Source of the DNA: Wolbachia endosymbiont of Pentalonia nigronervosa
GTDB taxonomy: Bacteria; Pseudomonadota; Alphaproteobacteria; Rickettsiales; Anaplasmataceae
Length of the DNA: 32,000 nt
NCBI RefSeq assembly: GCF_014534705.1
Contig: NZ_JACVWV010000001.1
Coordinates: 1-32,000, forward strand
Direction: 5' to 3'
Shown piece by piece: positions 7,925-16,853 of the stretch (positions within the stretch are counted from its first letter, which is position 1; each line of letters begins with the position of its first letter). Under the pieces are notes generated by a model that was not told where the DNA came from, did not search any database, and saw only the letters and a list, made by a program, of their open reading frames with translations. A program made the translations under genes and the position numbers.

Positions 7925-10336
7925 ATGGATTTAACAAAAGAAAGAGCAACTCCTGTAATGGAGCAGTATTTAAATTTAAAGGCTCAATATAAAGACTATT
8001 TGTTATTTTACAGGCTTGGAGATTTTTATGAGTTATTTTTTGACGATGCTATTCAAGCAGCAAAACTGCTGAATATAATATTAACCAAAAGAGGTAACTC
8101 GAACGGTAAAGATATACCTATGTGTGGTGTGCCCGCTCATAGTAGCGAATCTTATCTGCATAAACTTATAAATTTAGGATTTAAAGTTGCAATCTGTGAT
8201 CAACTAGAAACAGCAGATGAAGCAAAAAAAAGGGGATATAAATCTATAGTAAAACGTGATGTGGTAAGAATCGTAACTCCAGGCACAGTGATTGAAGATT
8301 CGTTATTAGAGAATAAAAACAATAATTATCTTGCGTCTATTGTTGAAAAAGATGGCGAATATGCTATTGCTTGGCTTGAATTATCTACAGGAAAGTTTTT
8401 TTATTCTTCTGTAAGTCTCAAGACATTAGATAGTGATTTATTACGTATTTCACCAAGGGAGTTACTGATTTCCGAAAAAATGGCAGAAGAAGAAGAAATT
8501 AGGTCAATTTTAAAGAATTATAAGATATCAATCACGCAGCATGCACAGAATTGTTTTGAATACAACAGATCTCACAGAACTCTGTGTGAGTTTTATAAAG
8601 TTAAGGGACTCGAAGTTATAGGCAATTTCAACAAAGTGGAAGTTATGGCATGCGGTGCCTTACTAGAATACGTAAAAGTAACACAAAGGGGTTCTGTTCC
8701 CAGACTTGAATTTCCTAAAACTTATAAGCAACAGAATTTTATGCTTATTGATGCTTCAGCAAGGAGAAATTTAGAGTTATTTTCAACTCAATTTGGCGAA
8801 AAAAAAGGCTCTTTAATTTCAGTTATTGATCACACAGTTACAGCACCTGGCGGACGTCTATTAAAGCAGATGCTTTCTTCACCACTGGTTTGTCCTAAAG
8901 CAATTAACTTAAGGCTTGATACCGTTAAGTTTTTTGTGGACAATCACGAATTTTGTGGGAAAACAAGAGAGATACTGTCTAGTATTCCAGATATCGAAAG
9001 ATCATTATCGCGTCTAATGCTAGGAAGCGGCTCACCTAAAGATCTTAATCTGTTGAAGATAGGGCTCAACAAAATTTTAAAATTATCTGAGTTTCTACAT
9101 ACAGTGAAATCAAGCGAAAACGAATTGGAAATCATATACAAAAGCCTAGGTGATCACAAAGATATGTGTGAATTTCTCAACAACGCTATTCTGGATAATA
9201 ATGTCAGCAACGTAAGAGAAGGCGGATTTATTGATCCGAATTATAATGCAGAATTATCTGAGCTGTCTTATATATTAAATAACAGTAATAAGTTGATAAC
9301 TAAGCTACGTACTTCCTATCGCGATCTTACTGGCATTGCAACGCTTAAAATACTGCATAACAACATACTCGGCTACTACATTGAAGTTTCATCGAATCAT
9401 AAGATAACTTCAGATATCTTTATTCACAGACAAGGTTTGGCAAACAGTTCTCGTTACACTACCAACGAATTAAGAGAGTTAGAAAATAAAATCCTTACTG
9501 CACGTGATGCTGCAATTAATTTGGAAATTAAAATTTTTGGTGCACTATGTAGTAAAATTGCTGAAGAATATGAAAAAATTGCCCTTGCTGCCAATGCCTT
9601 AGCAAAACTTGATATCAGAACTGCATTTGCAGAACTTGCTGTGAGGAACAAATACGTGAGACCAGTTATTGATGACAGCAAGGAGTTTAATATCTTAGGT
9701 GGTAGGCATCCTGTAATTGAAGTAAATAATAAATTTATTCCAAATAGTATTGACTTGGCTGGTATACATTTAATTACAGGACCTAATATGGCTGGAAAAA
9801 GCACCTTTTTAAGACAGAACGCTTTAATTGCAATTCTAGCCCATATGGGGTCATTTGTACCTGCAGAAAGTGCACATATTGGAGTAATTGACAAAATATT
9901 CAGTAGGGTTGGTGCAACAGATAACATAGTGGCAGGTTATTCTACTTTTATGGTAGAGATGATTGAAACAGCAACAATAGTAAATCAGGCCACAGACCGT
10001 TCTTTAGTTATTCTCGATGAAATTGGTAGAGGTACCGGAGTGTACGATGGGTTGTCAATTGCTCAAGCAGTAATAGAACATATTCATGACGTAAATAAGT
10101 GTCGAGCTATTTTTGCAACCCATTACCATGAGCTCACTAAAGTGAGTAAGTATTTAGATCGTGTAAAGTGTTTTTGTGTAAAAATAAGAGAGTGGGACGG
10201 AAGGGTTATATTTTTGCATGAAGTAATCGAAGGAATTGCCGATGAATCATACGGAATACATGTGGCAAAGCTTGCCGGTTTTCCTGAATCAATTTTAAGC
10301 AGGGCGAGTGAGGTATTTCAAGATTTAGCTAAATGA
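7925..10336 (+). CDS. mutS: DNA mismatch repair protein MutS.
   Basis: N-terminal [23 protein letters not shown] mismatch-binding motif, Walker [10 protein letters not shown], and DEIGRGT / HYHELT motifs. I prefer the ATG at 7925 (MDLTKE...) to the TTG at 7904 used by the ORF track. Confidence 0.93.
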   Translation: MDLTKERATPVMEQYLNLKAQYKDYLLFYRLGDFYELFFDDAIQAAKLLNIILTKRGNSNGKDIPMCGVPAHSSESYLHKLINLGFKVAICDQLETADEAKKRGYKSIVKRDVVRIVTPGTVIEDSLLENKNNNYLASIVEKDGEYAIAWLELSTGKFFYSSVSLKTLDSDLLRISPRELLISEKMAEEEEIRSILKNYKISITQHAQNCFEYNRSHRTLCEFYKVKGLEVIGNFNKVEVMACGALLEYVKVTQRGSVPRLEFPKTYKQQNFMLIDASARRNLELFSTQFGEKKGSLISVIDHTVTAPGGRLLKQMLSSPLVCPKAINLRLDTVKFFVDNHEFCGKTREILSSIPDIERSLSRLMLGSGSPKDLNLLKIGLNKILKLSEFLHTVKSSENELEIIYKSLGDHKDMCEFLNNAILDNNVSNVREGGFIDPNYNAELSELSYILNNSNKLITKLRTSYRDLTGIATLKILHNNILGYYIEVSSNHKITSDIFIHRQGLANSSRYTTNELRELENKILTARDAAINLEIKIFGALCSKIAEEYEKIALAANALAKLDIRTAFAELAVRNKYVRPVIDDSKEFNILGGRHPVIEVNNKFIPNSIDLAGIHLITGPNMAGKSTFLRQNALIAILAHMGSFVPAESAHIGVIDKIFSRVGATDNIVAGYSTFMVEMIETATIVNQATDRSLVILDEIGRGTGVYDGLSIAQAVIEHIHDVNKCRAIFATHYHELTKVSKYLDRVKCFCVKIREWDGRVIFLHEVIEGIADESYGIHVAKLAGFPESILSRASEVFQDLAK

Positions 10337-10399
10337 TTTAGTGTCCCCATCGGGGATTATAAAAACCCCTCGCCTTGAGGAGAAGGACAAGTTATAATA

Positions 10400-10549
10400 A
10401 GACCCCCTGCAAAACCGATTTCTGACGGCAATTTTGTTTACCTACGCTCCTCAAATACATCTAGGTGTATGGTCCCTAAGTATTCTGCGGTGCTCACCTG
10501 CGTTTCTCCTAAAACGTTTCTCGTCATAAATCGGTTTTGCAAGAGGTCT
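10400..10549. repeat. Palindromic MITE-like repeat, a 150-bp copy carrying a 23-bp internal insertion.
   Basis: Aligns end to end with 26755..26881, apart from the extra TAGGTGTATGGTCCCTAAGTATT at 10462..10484 and a diverged left arm (AGACCCCCTGCAAAACC versus AGACCTCTTGCAAAACC). The right arm ends ...CGTCATAAATCGGTTTTGCAAGAGGTCT. Confidence 0.85.
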
Positions 10550-10699
10550 ATTACAGATATAATGCACACTTCAAGCATGATATGAACTTTGAAAGAGGTC
10601 TGATGTCTGAAAAATAGGCTGGCACACCAGACATAGATCTCCTGCTGGTGCATATTTTTTCAACACTTATTTCATATTGCATGAAGCGAAAAAAGCCCT

Positions 10700-11326
10700 C
10701 TATTTCTCAGTTTTACTGCCATGGTTAATCCGCAACTGGGGTTTGTAATAAACTATACACATAATTAACCAAATTAAGGCAAGCAAAAACCAAGTTACTG
10801 CATATTCCAAATGTTTCATTGGCTGTATAACTAGTTTATCACTTAAGCTATCTTGCCATAATATGCACTTTTCTAGCTTTATACCCAATTCATTTGATAT
10901 TTCTTCTGTGTTAAATGTAAACCACATATTTGCAGACACATCATTTTTAATAAACCAATTTTTTTTGCTATCACAATATAATACCCCTTCAGTCACTACT
11001 TTTTTCACCTTTACTTCCCTTTCTTTTTTCTCACTGGTTATTCCTTTATTGATTAACATATAATTTCCAGTGGTGAGTAGCATAGGAGATAATATATAAT
11101 ACCCATGTTGTCCCGCAAAAACATATAGCTCTACATTACTTAATACTCCATCAATTTTGACATGCCGGTAGTTAAACTTTTCAAGATCATCACTAATTAA
11201 CAGGTGTATTATTGGAAGATTCATACTTTTTATGATATCATTCTTCCAGTTCAACCTGAACACTTGCCATAATCCTAATGAAAAAAGAAGTGTGAAGATT
11301 AAAATGAAGACTATTCTTTTTAACAC
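10700..11326 (-). CDS. SURF1 family protein (cytochrome oxidase biogenesis).
   Basis: 208 aa with TM helices at the N and C termini. LGLWQVFRLNWKNDII near the N-terminus and the HLEYAVTWF motif near the C-terminus are typical of SURF1/Shy1. Confidence 0.8.
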   Translation of the reverse strand: MLKRIVFILIFTLLFSLGLWQVFRLNWKNDIIKSMNLPIIHLLISDDLEKFNYRHVKIDGVLSNVELYVFAGQHGYYILSPMLLTTGNYMLINKGITSEKKEREVKVKKVVTEGVLYCDSKKNWFIKNDVSANMWFTFNTEEISNELGIKLEKCILWQDSLSDKLVIQPMKHLEYAVTWFLLALIWLIMCIVYYKPQLRINHGSKTEK

Positions 11327-11327
11327 T

Positions 11328-11804
11328 TTATACTTGCGTTCTTAAATAATTTTCAATACCCATTAATGCGATAAGATCCATCTGCTTTTCAAGCCAATGA
11401 AGATGTTCTTCTTCATTTTTCAATAATTCTTCTAGGAGCATCACGCTAACAAAATCTTTCTCTTTTTCAGCAGTAGAAATTGCTTCTCTGATATCCTTTA
11501 TACCTTTATCTTCTAATTTTAAATTAGCTGACAAAATTTCTTTTATCGTGTCTTTTGTGAATTTTCCATCATATTTTGATATCTCATTTGTATCCTGAAA
11601 ATTTGGTATTCCTTTCAGTAATAAAATCCTTTCCGCTAACTTATGTGCATGCTCAAGTTCTTCATTAAGCTCATCTTTCATCTTTTCCGCAAGTTTACTA
11701 ATCCCATGGTTCTTAAGCACTGCAAAATGTGAAAGATATTGACGTACAGAAGTCAATTCATTTGTCAACAATTTATTAAAATGTTCTAACATTTGTTTAT
11801 TCAT
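11328..11804 (-). CDS. bfr: Bacterioferritin.
   Basis: 158 aa four-helix ferritin-like protein with ELTSVRQYLSH...LNEELEHAHKLAERILLL...EEEHLHWLEKQ, which includes the di-iron ligand pattern. Confidence 0.88.
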   Translation of the reverse strand: MNKQMLEHFNKLLTNELTSVRQYLSHFAVLKNHGISKLAEKMKDELNEELEHAHKLAERILLLKGIPNFQDTNEISKYDGKFTKDTIKEILSANLKLEDKGIKDIREAISTAEKEKDFVSVMLLEELLKNEEEHLHWLEKQMDLIALMGIENYLRTQV

Positions 11805-11857
11805 AATTTCTCTTTAGTTTAAATATAATCTATACAATATAGATTGTCATATAGCAA

Positions 11858-12343
11858 TCATTTAACAGCACCCCTGACAACAACTGTATCAAATAATATA
11901 TCATGAAACGTTTGTCTGTTTTTAGAGAAACAAGCTACCAGATACCAACAGAGAGTGAGCAGCATTATAGAAACTTTCAATATATTCAAAACATTTATTA
12001 ACGTATCTTGCTCTACAGAAAAATCAGTCAAAATGGCTATGACGCTATTTAATGAAGGAAGAAAGAACTGAGATATACTTCTATCAAATGCTAAATTTAT
12101 ATCTATCTTTGGATAATTCATGCTAATAGTATATATATCCATCAACTTCTGGCCAGGAGTTGCCTGAGCATTTGCAGATATAAAGTAAGTAAAGTAACTA
12201 CAATTTATACACATGCATGATAAATGAAAGATCAACGGAAAATCTCTTAATAATACAGTAATCAATATGGTTGGAATTAATAAAATTACTATATCTATTA
12301 AATACGCACAAAAACGCCTTTGTATGCTTGAAATCTCAATCAC
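11858..12343 (-). CDS. RDD family membrane protein.
   Basis: 161 aa. RRFCAYLIDIVIL at the N-terminus, TPGQKLMDI, and the C-terminal HDILFDTVVV, with about 3 TM helices. This is the RDD domain pattern. Confidence 0.7.
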   Translation of the reverse strand: MIEISSIQRRFCAYLIDIVILLIPTILITVLLRDFPLIFHLSCMCINCSYFTYFISANAQATPGQKLMDIYTISMNYPKIDINLAFDRSISQFFLPSLNSVIAILTDFSVEQDTLINVLNILKVSIMLLTLCWYLVACFSKNRQTFHDILFDTVVVRGAVK

Positions 12344-12351
12344 AGTAGTTA

Positions 12352-13014
12352 TTACCTATTTTCTAAATATTTTACTATAAAGTCTGTAAGTTTATCAAAA
12401 CATTGAAAACATAACAAATCTTCATAACCGCTCATTGACTGATTGTATACAATAGGCAAACAATTTGCACCTTTTGCACATAAAATATCTGTAATACTAT
12501 CTCCAACAAAGAACACATTTTCTTGATTTATCGGTAATGTACTTTCTTCTAATGCAAATAATACAGGAGTTATAGATGGTTTATCTTCTGTAGTATCACC
12601 TGATCCAACTATTCTAGTAAAATAAGAATCTAACTTAAAATGGGCTACTTCTTTTTGCAAATTGGTATTTTTTTTATTGCTTACTATGGCTAGATAAACA
12701 TTGTGGCTTTTTAATGTTTTTAACATTTTTTCCACTCCTTGGTTTAAAGTAATATTTTGCAAGAGTGCCTTATCTAAATATTGCTGATATATTGCATTGG
12801 CTTTTTTCCACTGCTCACCAAATAACCCAACCATGTAATCTTTTCTTGATTCATGAGAGTTTCTATCCGCAGTTTGATTTCTATATCCCATTGCATTTAT
12901 AGTATGCTTTATAGCATTAAAGATATTATCCTGAGTGTCAACCAGGGTATTGTCCCAGTCAAATAATACTGCTAATGGGTTGTTTGCCATTTTTTTCATT
13001 AATATATATTTCAA
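12352..13014 (-). CDS. HAD-superfamily hydrolase (phosphoglycolate-phosphatase-like).
   Basis: 220 aa. Motif I FDWDNTLVDT, motif II VSNK, motif III/IV K...FFVGDSITD. The start could instead be one of the internal Met codons (MKKMANN...). Confidence 0.8.
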   Translation of the reverse strand: MKYILMKKMANNPLAVLFDWDNTLVDTQDNIFNAIKHTINAMGYRNQTADRNSHESRKDYMVGLFGEQWKKANAIYQQYLDKALLQNITLNQGVEKMLKTLKSHNVYLAIVSNKKNTNLQKEVAHFKLDSYFTRIVGSGDTTEDKPSITPVLFALEESTLPINQENVFFVGDSITDILCAKGANCLPIVYNQSMSGYEDLLCFQCFDKLTDFIVKYLENR

Positions 13015-13083
13015 CTTAACAAGTAAACAGTACTTTAATACAAAAGTATTAGCAAGTGCTACACTTCTTGCAGATTATGTTCA

Positions 13084-14553
13084 CTACTCTTTCTTCAATT
13101 TAATTGAAGTGAAAAATTGATTACCATTGCGATAAATAAGTAACATAATTGCATCCTTGCTGCTTTTCTTTACTGCTAAATTAATTTGCTTTTGAAAATC
13201 ACTAGTACTTTCAATATCGTTTCCATCCACTTGAATAATGATATCCCCTTTTCTAATATCACGCAGTGCAGCATTACTATTACCATTAACGTTAGTGACT
13301 ACGACACCTTTCTTAGGCATATCACCTTTATTTTCCCTAAAATCATTTGGTAAATTTGAAACAGTTAAGCCTGTTATATAATCAGATTTCGATTTATCTT
13401 CCTCTTGATTATAAACATCATCTTGATTATCCCCTGTAAACTCTTCCACCACAACCTTGATATTCACTTCTTTGCCTTTTCTGAGTAGCTTAACTTGCAC
13501 TTTTTTCTTAGGCTCAGTTCTGGAAACCATTTGAGGTAATTGTGTCATTCTATCAATTTGTTTGTTATCGAACTCCAGTAATATGTCACCAACTTTAATC
13601 CCGCCTTTTTCTGCAGGGCTATCTTTAATTATACTTGAAACCAACGCACCTTTTGTATCTTTTAAACCTAAAGACTCAGCAAATTCTTTTGTTATTTGTT
13701 GCACTTGTACACCAAGCCAACCATGTTTTATTTTTTTACCACTTTTTAATATATCAATGATCGATATAGCAAAATTAGATGGAATAGAAAAACCTACACC
13801 CACATTACCGCCAGATTCAGATGGAGAATAAATAGCAGTGTTAATGCCTATAACTTCCCCATTAAAATCAAATAATGGACCTCCAGAATTTCCTTTATTG
13901 ATTGCAGCATCAGTTTGAATAAATTCACTCATAGTGCCAATACTAATATCTCTAGACCTAGCAGAAATAATTCCTTTACTCACAGAACTACCTAAACCAA
14001 ATGGGTTGCCTATAGCTATAACTGAATCACCAACTCTTGCTTTACTGGAATCACCAAATTTAACAGAAGGAAGTGCCTTATCAGAATTGATCTTAAGTAC
14101 AGCAAGATCAGTCTGTAAATCGTAACCCAGAACTTCGGCCTTGAAATAAGAGCTATCATTCATAGTTACTGTTATTTCTTTGGCATTTCTAATAACATGA
14201 TAATTGGTAACTATAATCCCGTCTTTATCTATAATAAATCCAGAACCAAGAGATACTACCTCCTTATTAGTGTGAGGGCCTCTATCCATGAAAAACTGAT
14301 CAAATTCATCAAAAAACCTCCTAAATTCGTCAAAAAAATTGTCCTTAGGAGCAGCAGGTGTTTTGGCTCTGTTACTATTTTCTTGTTTAATTATTTGTTC
14401 GCTTGAAATATTGACAACTGCTGGAATCAGGTCTTCCACGAGATCAGCGAATCCTTGATCACAGCTGCAAAGATTAGATTTACTAGCAGCTTCAGCGTAT
14501 GAAAAGAATGAGATAAAAAAACATATAAATATAGATAAAAATTTATTTTTCAT
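13084..14553 (-). CDS. degP: Periplasmic serine endoprotease of the DegP/HtrA (Do) family.
   Basis: 489 aa. Signal peptide, trypsin-like domain with catalytic TNYHV, D..LAVLK and GNSGGPL motifs, then two PDZ-like C-terminal domains. Confidence 0.92.
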   Translation of the reverse strand: MKNKFLSIFICFFISFFSYAEAASKSNLCSCDQGFADLVEDLIPAVVNISSEQIIKQENSNRAKTPAAPKDNFFDEFRRFFDEFDQFFMDRGPHTNKEVVSLGSGFIIDKDGIIVTNYHVIRNAKEITVTMNDSSYFKAEVLGYDLQTDLAVLKINSDKALPSVKFGDSSKARVGDSVIAIGNPFGLGSSVSKGIISARSRDISIGTMSEFIQTDAAINKGNSGGPLFDFNGEVIGINTAIYSPSESGGNVGVGFSIPSNFAISIIDILKSGKKIKHGWLGVQVQQITKEFAESLGLKDTKGALVSSIIKDSPAEKGGIKVGDILLEFDNKQIDRMTQLPQMVSRTEPKKKVQVKLLRKGKEVNIKVVVEEFTGDNQDDVYNQEEDKSKSDYITGLTVSNLPNDFRENKGDMPKKGVVVTNVNGNSNAALRDIRKGDIIIQVDGNDIESTSDFQKQINLAVKKSSKDAIMLLIYRNGNQFFTSIKLKKE

Positions 14554-14556
14554 AAG

Positions 14557-15423
14557 TTATTTCCAACCCTTATTTAAAATATCCAAAAAACTATTATTTG
14601 GCGAAAGCACAAATCTAGTATTGTCACTCGGGAATGACTTACTGTACGCAATCATAGAACGATAAAAGTTAAAAAACTCTTCATCAACCCTAAACGCTTC
14701 ATTATAAATTTTAGTAGCTTCAGCATAACCACGACCTCTTATTTCATGTGATTCTTTCACTGCACTAGAGATAATCTCTCTTCTTAATTTATCAGCTTTC
14801 GATCTAATTTCTTGGCCTGCTTGTTCCCCTTCCGCTCTAATTTCTTTTGCCTCTTTTTCTCTCTCTGTTTGCATACGGCGGAATATTGCAGAGCTATTTT
14901 CTTCCGGCAAATCTGCTCTCTTAATTCTCACATCTATTATCTCTATACCAAACTTTTCAGCTTCAGAGTAAACACCGCGCTGAATCAATTGCATAACTTC
15001 TGATCTCTTTTCATTCAGCAAACTAATCAATGAAAATCTACCTATATTTTCTCTAATATGTGCTTCCATAATTGGGTACAGCCTTCTGGTTAGCCCTGAT
15101 TCATTTCTCACAACTTGATAAAAAACAATAGGCTTTATTATCTTATACTTTGCATAAGCATCTACGATAATACGCTTTTGGTCTGCAGTAATTACCTCCC
15201 TTGGAGTACTATCGGCTTTTAAATCTAGGACCCTTTTATCAAGAAACACCACGCTATTTATGAATGGTAATTTAAAATATAATCCACTCTCTCTAATATC
15301 TCTAACAACTTTACCTAATTGAATAACAATTGCTTGTTTTGTCTCAGAGACAATAAACATTGAATTAAATAGAACAATCAACAAAGTAACAAAAATAAAA
15401 GAAATTTTAACACTACGATTCAT
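14557..15423 (-). CDS. hflC: Protease modulator HflC (SPFH/band-7 family).
   Basis: 288 aa with an N-terminal TM helix and an SPFH domain. It lies immediately downstream of hflK, in the conserved hflK-hflC-degP order. Confidence 0.88.
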   Translation of the reverse strand: MNRSVKISFIFVTLLIVLFNSMFIVSETKQAIVIQLGKVVRDIRESGLYFKLPFINSVVFLDKRVLDLKADSTPREVITADQKRIIVDAYAKYKIIKPIVFYQVVRNESGLTRRLYPIMEAHIRENIGRFSLISLLNEKRSEVMQLIQRGVYSEAEKFGIEIIDVRIKRADLPEENSSAIFRRMQTEREKEAKEIRAEGEQAGQEIRSKADKLRREIISSAVKESHEIRGRGYAEATKIYNEAFRVDEEFFNFYRSMIAYSKSFPSDNTRFVLSPNNSFLDILNKGWK

Positions 15424-15425
15424 AA

Positions 15426-16454
15426 CTATTTTCCTAAATTTGTAAGGGGTAAATAAGAGAACATACCTTTTAAATCATCAGTAACGACAACTTTATCTGC
15501 TTTATTAAAGATATTTTCCATAGTCTCAAGGTAAAGGCGATTTTTCACGAGAGAAGGATTTTGTTTATATTCCTCATAAAGAGACATAAAACGATTTGCG
15601 TTACCTTTTGCTTCATTTATTGCCTCATTTTCATATGCTTCTGCATCTAGTTTTATCTTTATCGCTTCACCTTTTGCTCTAGGTATAACGTCATTACTAT
15701 AAGAGTGTGCTACATTTATGGTGCGTTCCTTATCTGCACGAGCACTTTGGACATCTCTAAATGAGTCAATCACCTTTGCTGGTGGATCGATTTTTTTCAT
15801 TTGCACAGATAAAACTTCTATACCCATTTGATATCTATCAAGAATCTGTTGCAATAAAGCTCTGGCGTCTCGAGAAATTTCTGCTCTACCCTGTCCCTCT
15901 AGTGCAAAAGAAATAGTATTCTTACCTATAATTTCTCGCATAGCACTTTCAGCAGCATTCTTAACACTTAAACCTGATCTAGAATCACGCACTTTGAACA
16001 AATAATCCTTTGCATCTCTAACGCGCCATTGCACTTCAAAGTTGACGTTTACTATATTTTCGTCTCCGGTGAGCATTATACCCTCACCACGATCTATATC
16101 CCGAGTATAAGAACTGCTGACTCCAATTTCTTCGCGATTTATTTCCTTCACGTTGACTTTTAAAACCTTACCAACAGGGTAGGGGAAATGATAACGTAAC
16201 CCAGATGTTTCTGTATTAGAATATTTACCGAAAGTAAGCTCCACGCCTTCTTGACTTGGGTGCACAATATAAAAACCGGTACAGACATAGATCAGCAAGA
16301 TCGCAAAAATGACAAAATAAGGTTTTTTGCCTCTGTTTTTGGTTAAATAAGCAACCAAATGCTTTAAATCAGATATAGCCTTACTCAAGACATTTTCGTT
16401 ATTGGGGTCTCTTGGTTTTTTACCAAAATCCCAGGGATTGTACTCATTAGACAT
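15426..16454 (-). CDS. hflK: Protease modulator HflK (SPFH/band-7 family).
   Basis: 342 aa. NPWD N-terminus, one TM helix, an SPFH domain and a coiled-coil tail. It sits 2 nt upstream of hflC. Confidence 0.88.
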   Translation of the reverse strand: MSNEYNPWDFGKKPRDPNNENVLSKAISDLKHLVAYLTKNRGKKPYFVIFAILLIYVCTGFYIVHPSQEGVELTFGKYSNTETSGLRYHFPYPVGKVLKVNVKEINREEIGVSSSYTRDIDRGEGIMLTGDENIVNVNFEVQWRVRDAKDYLFKVRDSRSGLSVKNAAESAMREIIGKNTISFALEGQGRAEISRDARALLQQILDRYQMGIEVLSVQMKKIDPPAKVIDSFRDVQSARADKERTINVAHSYSNDVIPRAKGEAIKIKLDAEAYENEAINEAKGNANRFMSLYEEYKQNPSLVKNRLYLETMENIFNKADKVVVTDDLKGMFSYLPLTNLGK

Positions 16455-16519
16455 AACTATTTGTTCTATGGTAATGTATTGATCTTACTTACCTAATCAA
16501 AAGATGCAAATATAAATTA

Positions 16520-16711
16520 TTACTTAATTAGTAGAATATGATCATACACTTCTCTTTCTCTGTGTAGTATAGTTGACTCTATTGAAGTTTCCGGTTTCTT
16601 TTTAAATTCATCACCCTTGAGGTGTATAACATCCTCATGGCAGCTGGTGTAATACTGCAAAAGTAAACCAACCAGTATTGTAGCAATTAGCAAGATGAAT
16701 ATTTTTTTCAT
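16520..16711 (-). CDS. Small hypothetical exported or lipoprotein-like protein (63 aa).
   Basis: The N-terminus MKKIFILLIATILVGLLLQYYTSC looks like a signal peptide ending in Cys. It is co-oriented with hflK and 65 nt upstream of it. No recognisable domain and no clear SD. Confidence 0.35.
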   Translation of the reverse strand: MKKIFILLIATILVGLLLQYYTSCHEDVIHLKGDEFKKKPETSIESTILHREREVYDHILLIK

Positions 16712-16853
16712 ACTTTATAAATTTCTACACGTACAAGAAAAAGCGTCAAGCGAAATTATTTAGCAAAAAATTAATATTTGCAGCAAATTTAATACTAATT
16801 TAATAATTGAGAATATACAATTAAAGCATGTTTATTAATATTGAGGATACAAA

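Noticed and set aside
10344-10356. Small GC hairpin TCCCC-atc-GGGGA just after the mutS stop, considered as a terminator.
   Set aside because: The stem is 5 bp with a 3-nt loop and only TT follows it. That is too weak to call an intrinsic terminator.
10438-10653. 71-aa minus-strand ORF in the mutS / SURF1 spacer.
   Set aside because: It is composed of the palindromic repeat copy plus flanking repeat debris. Its ...LDVFEERR end is just the repeat core read in frame. It has no SD and no independent support.
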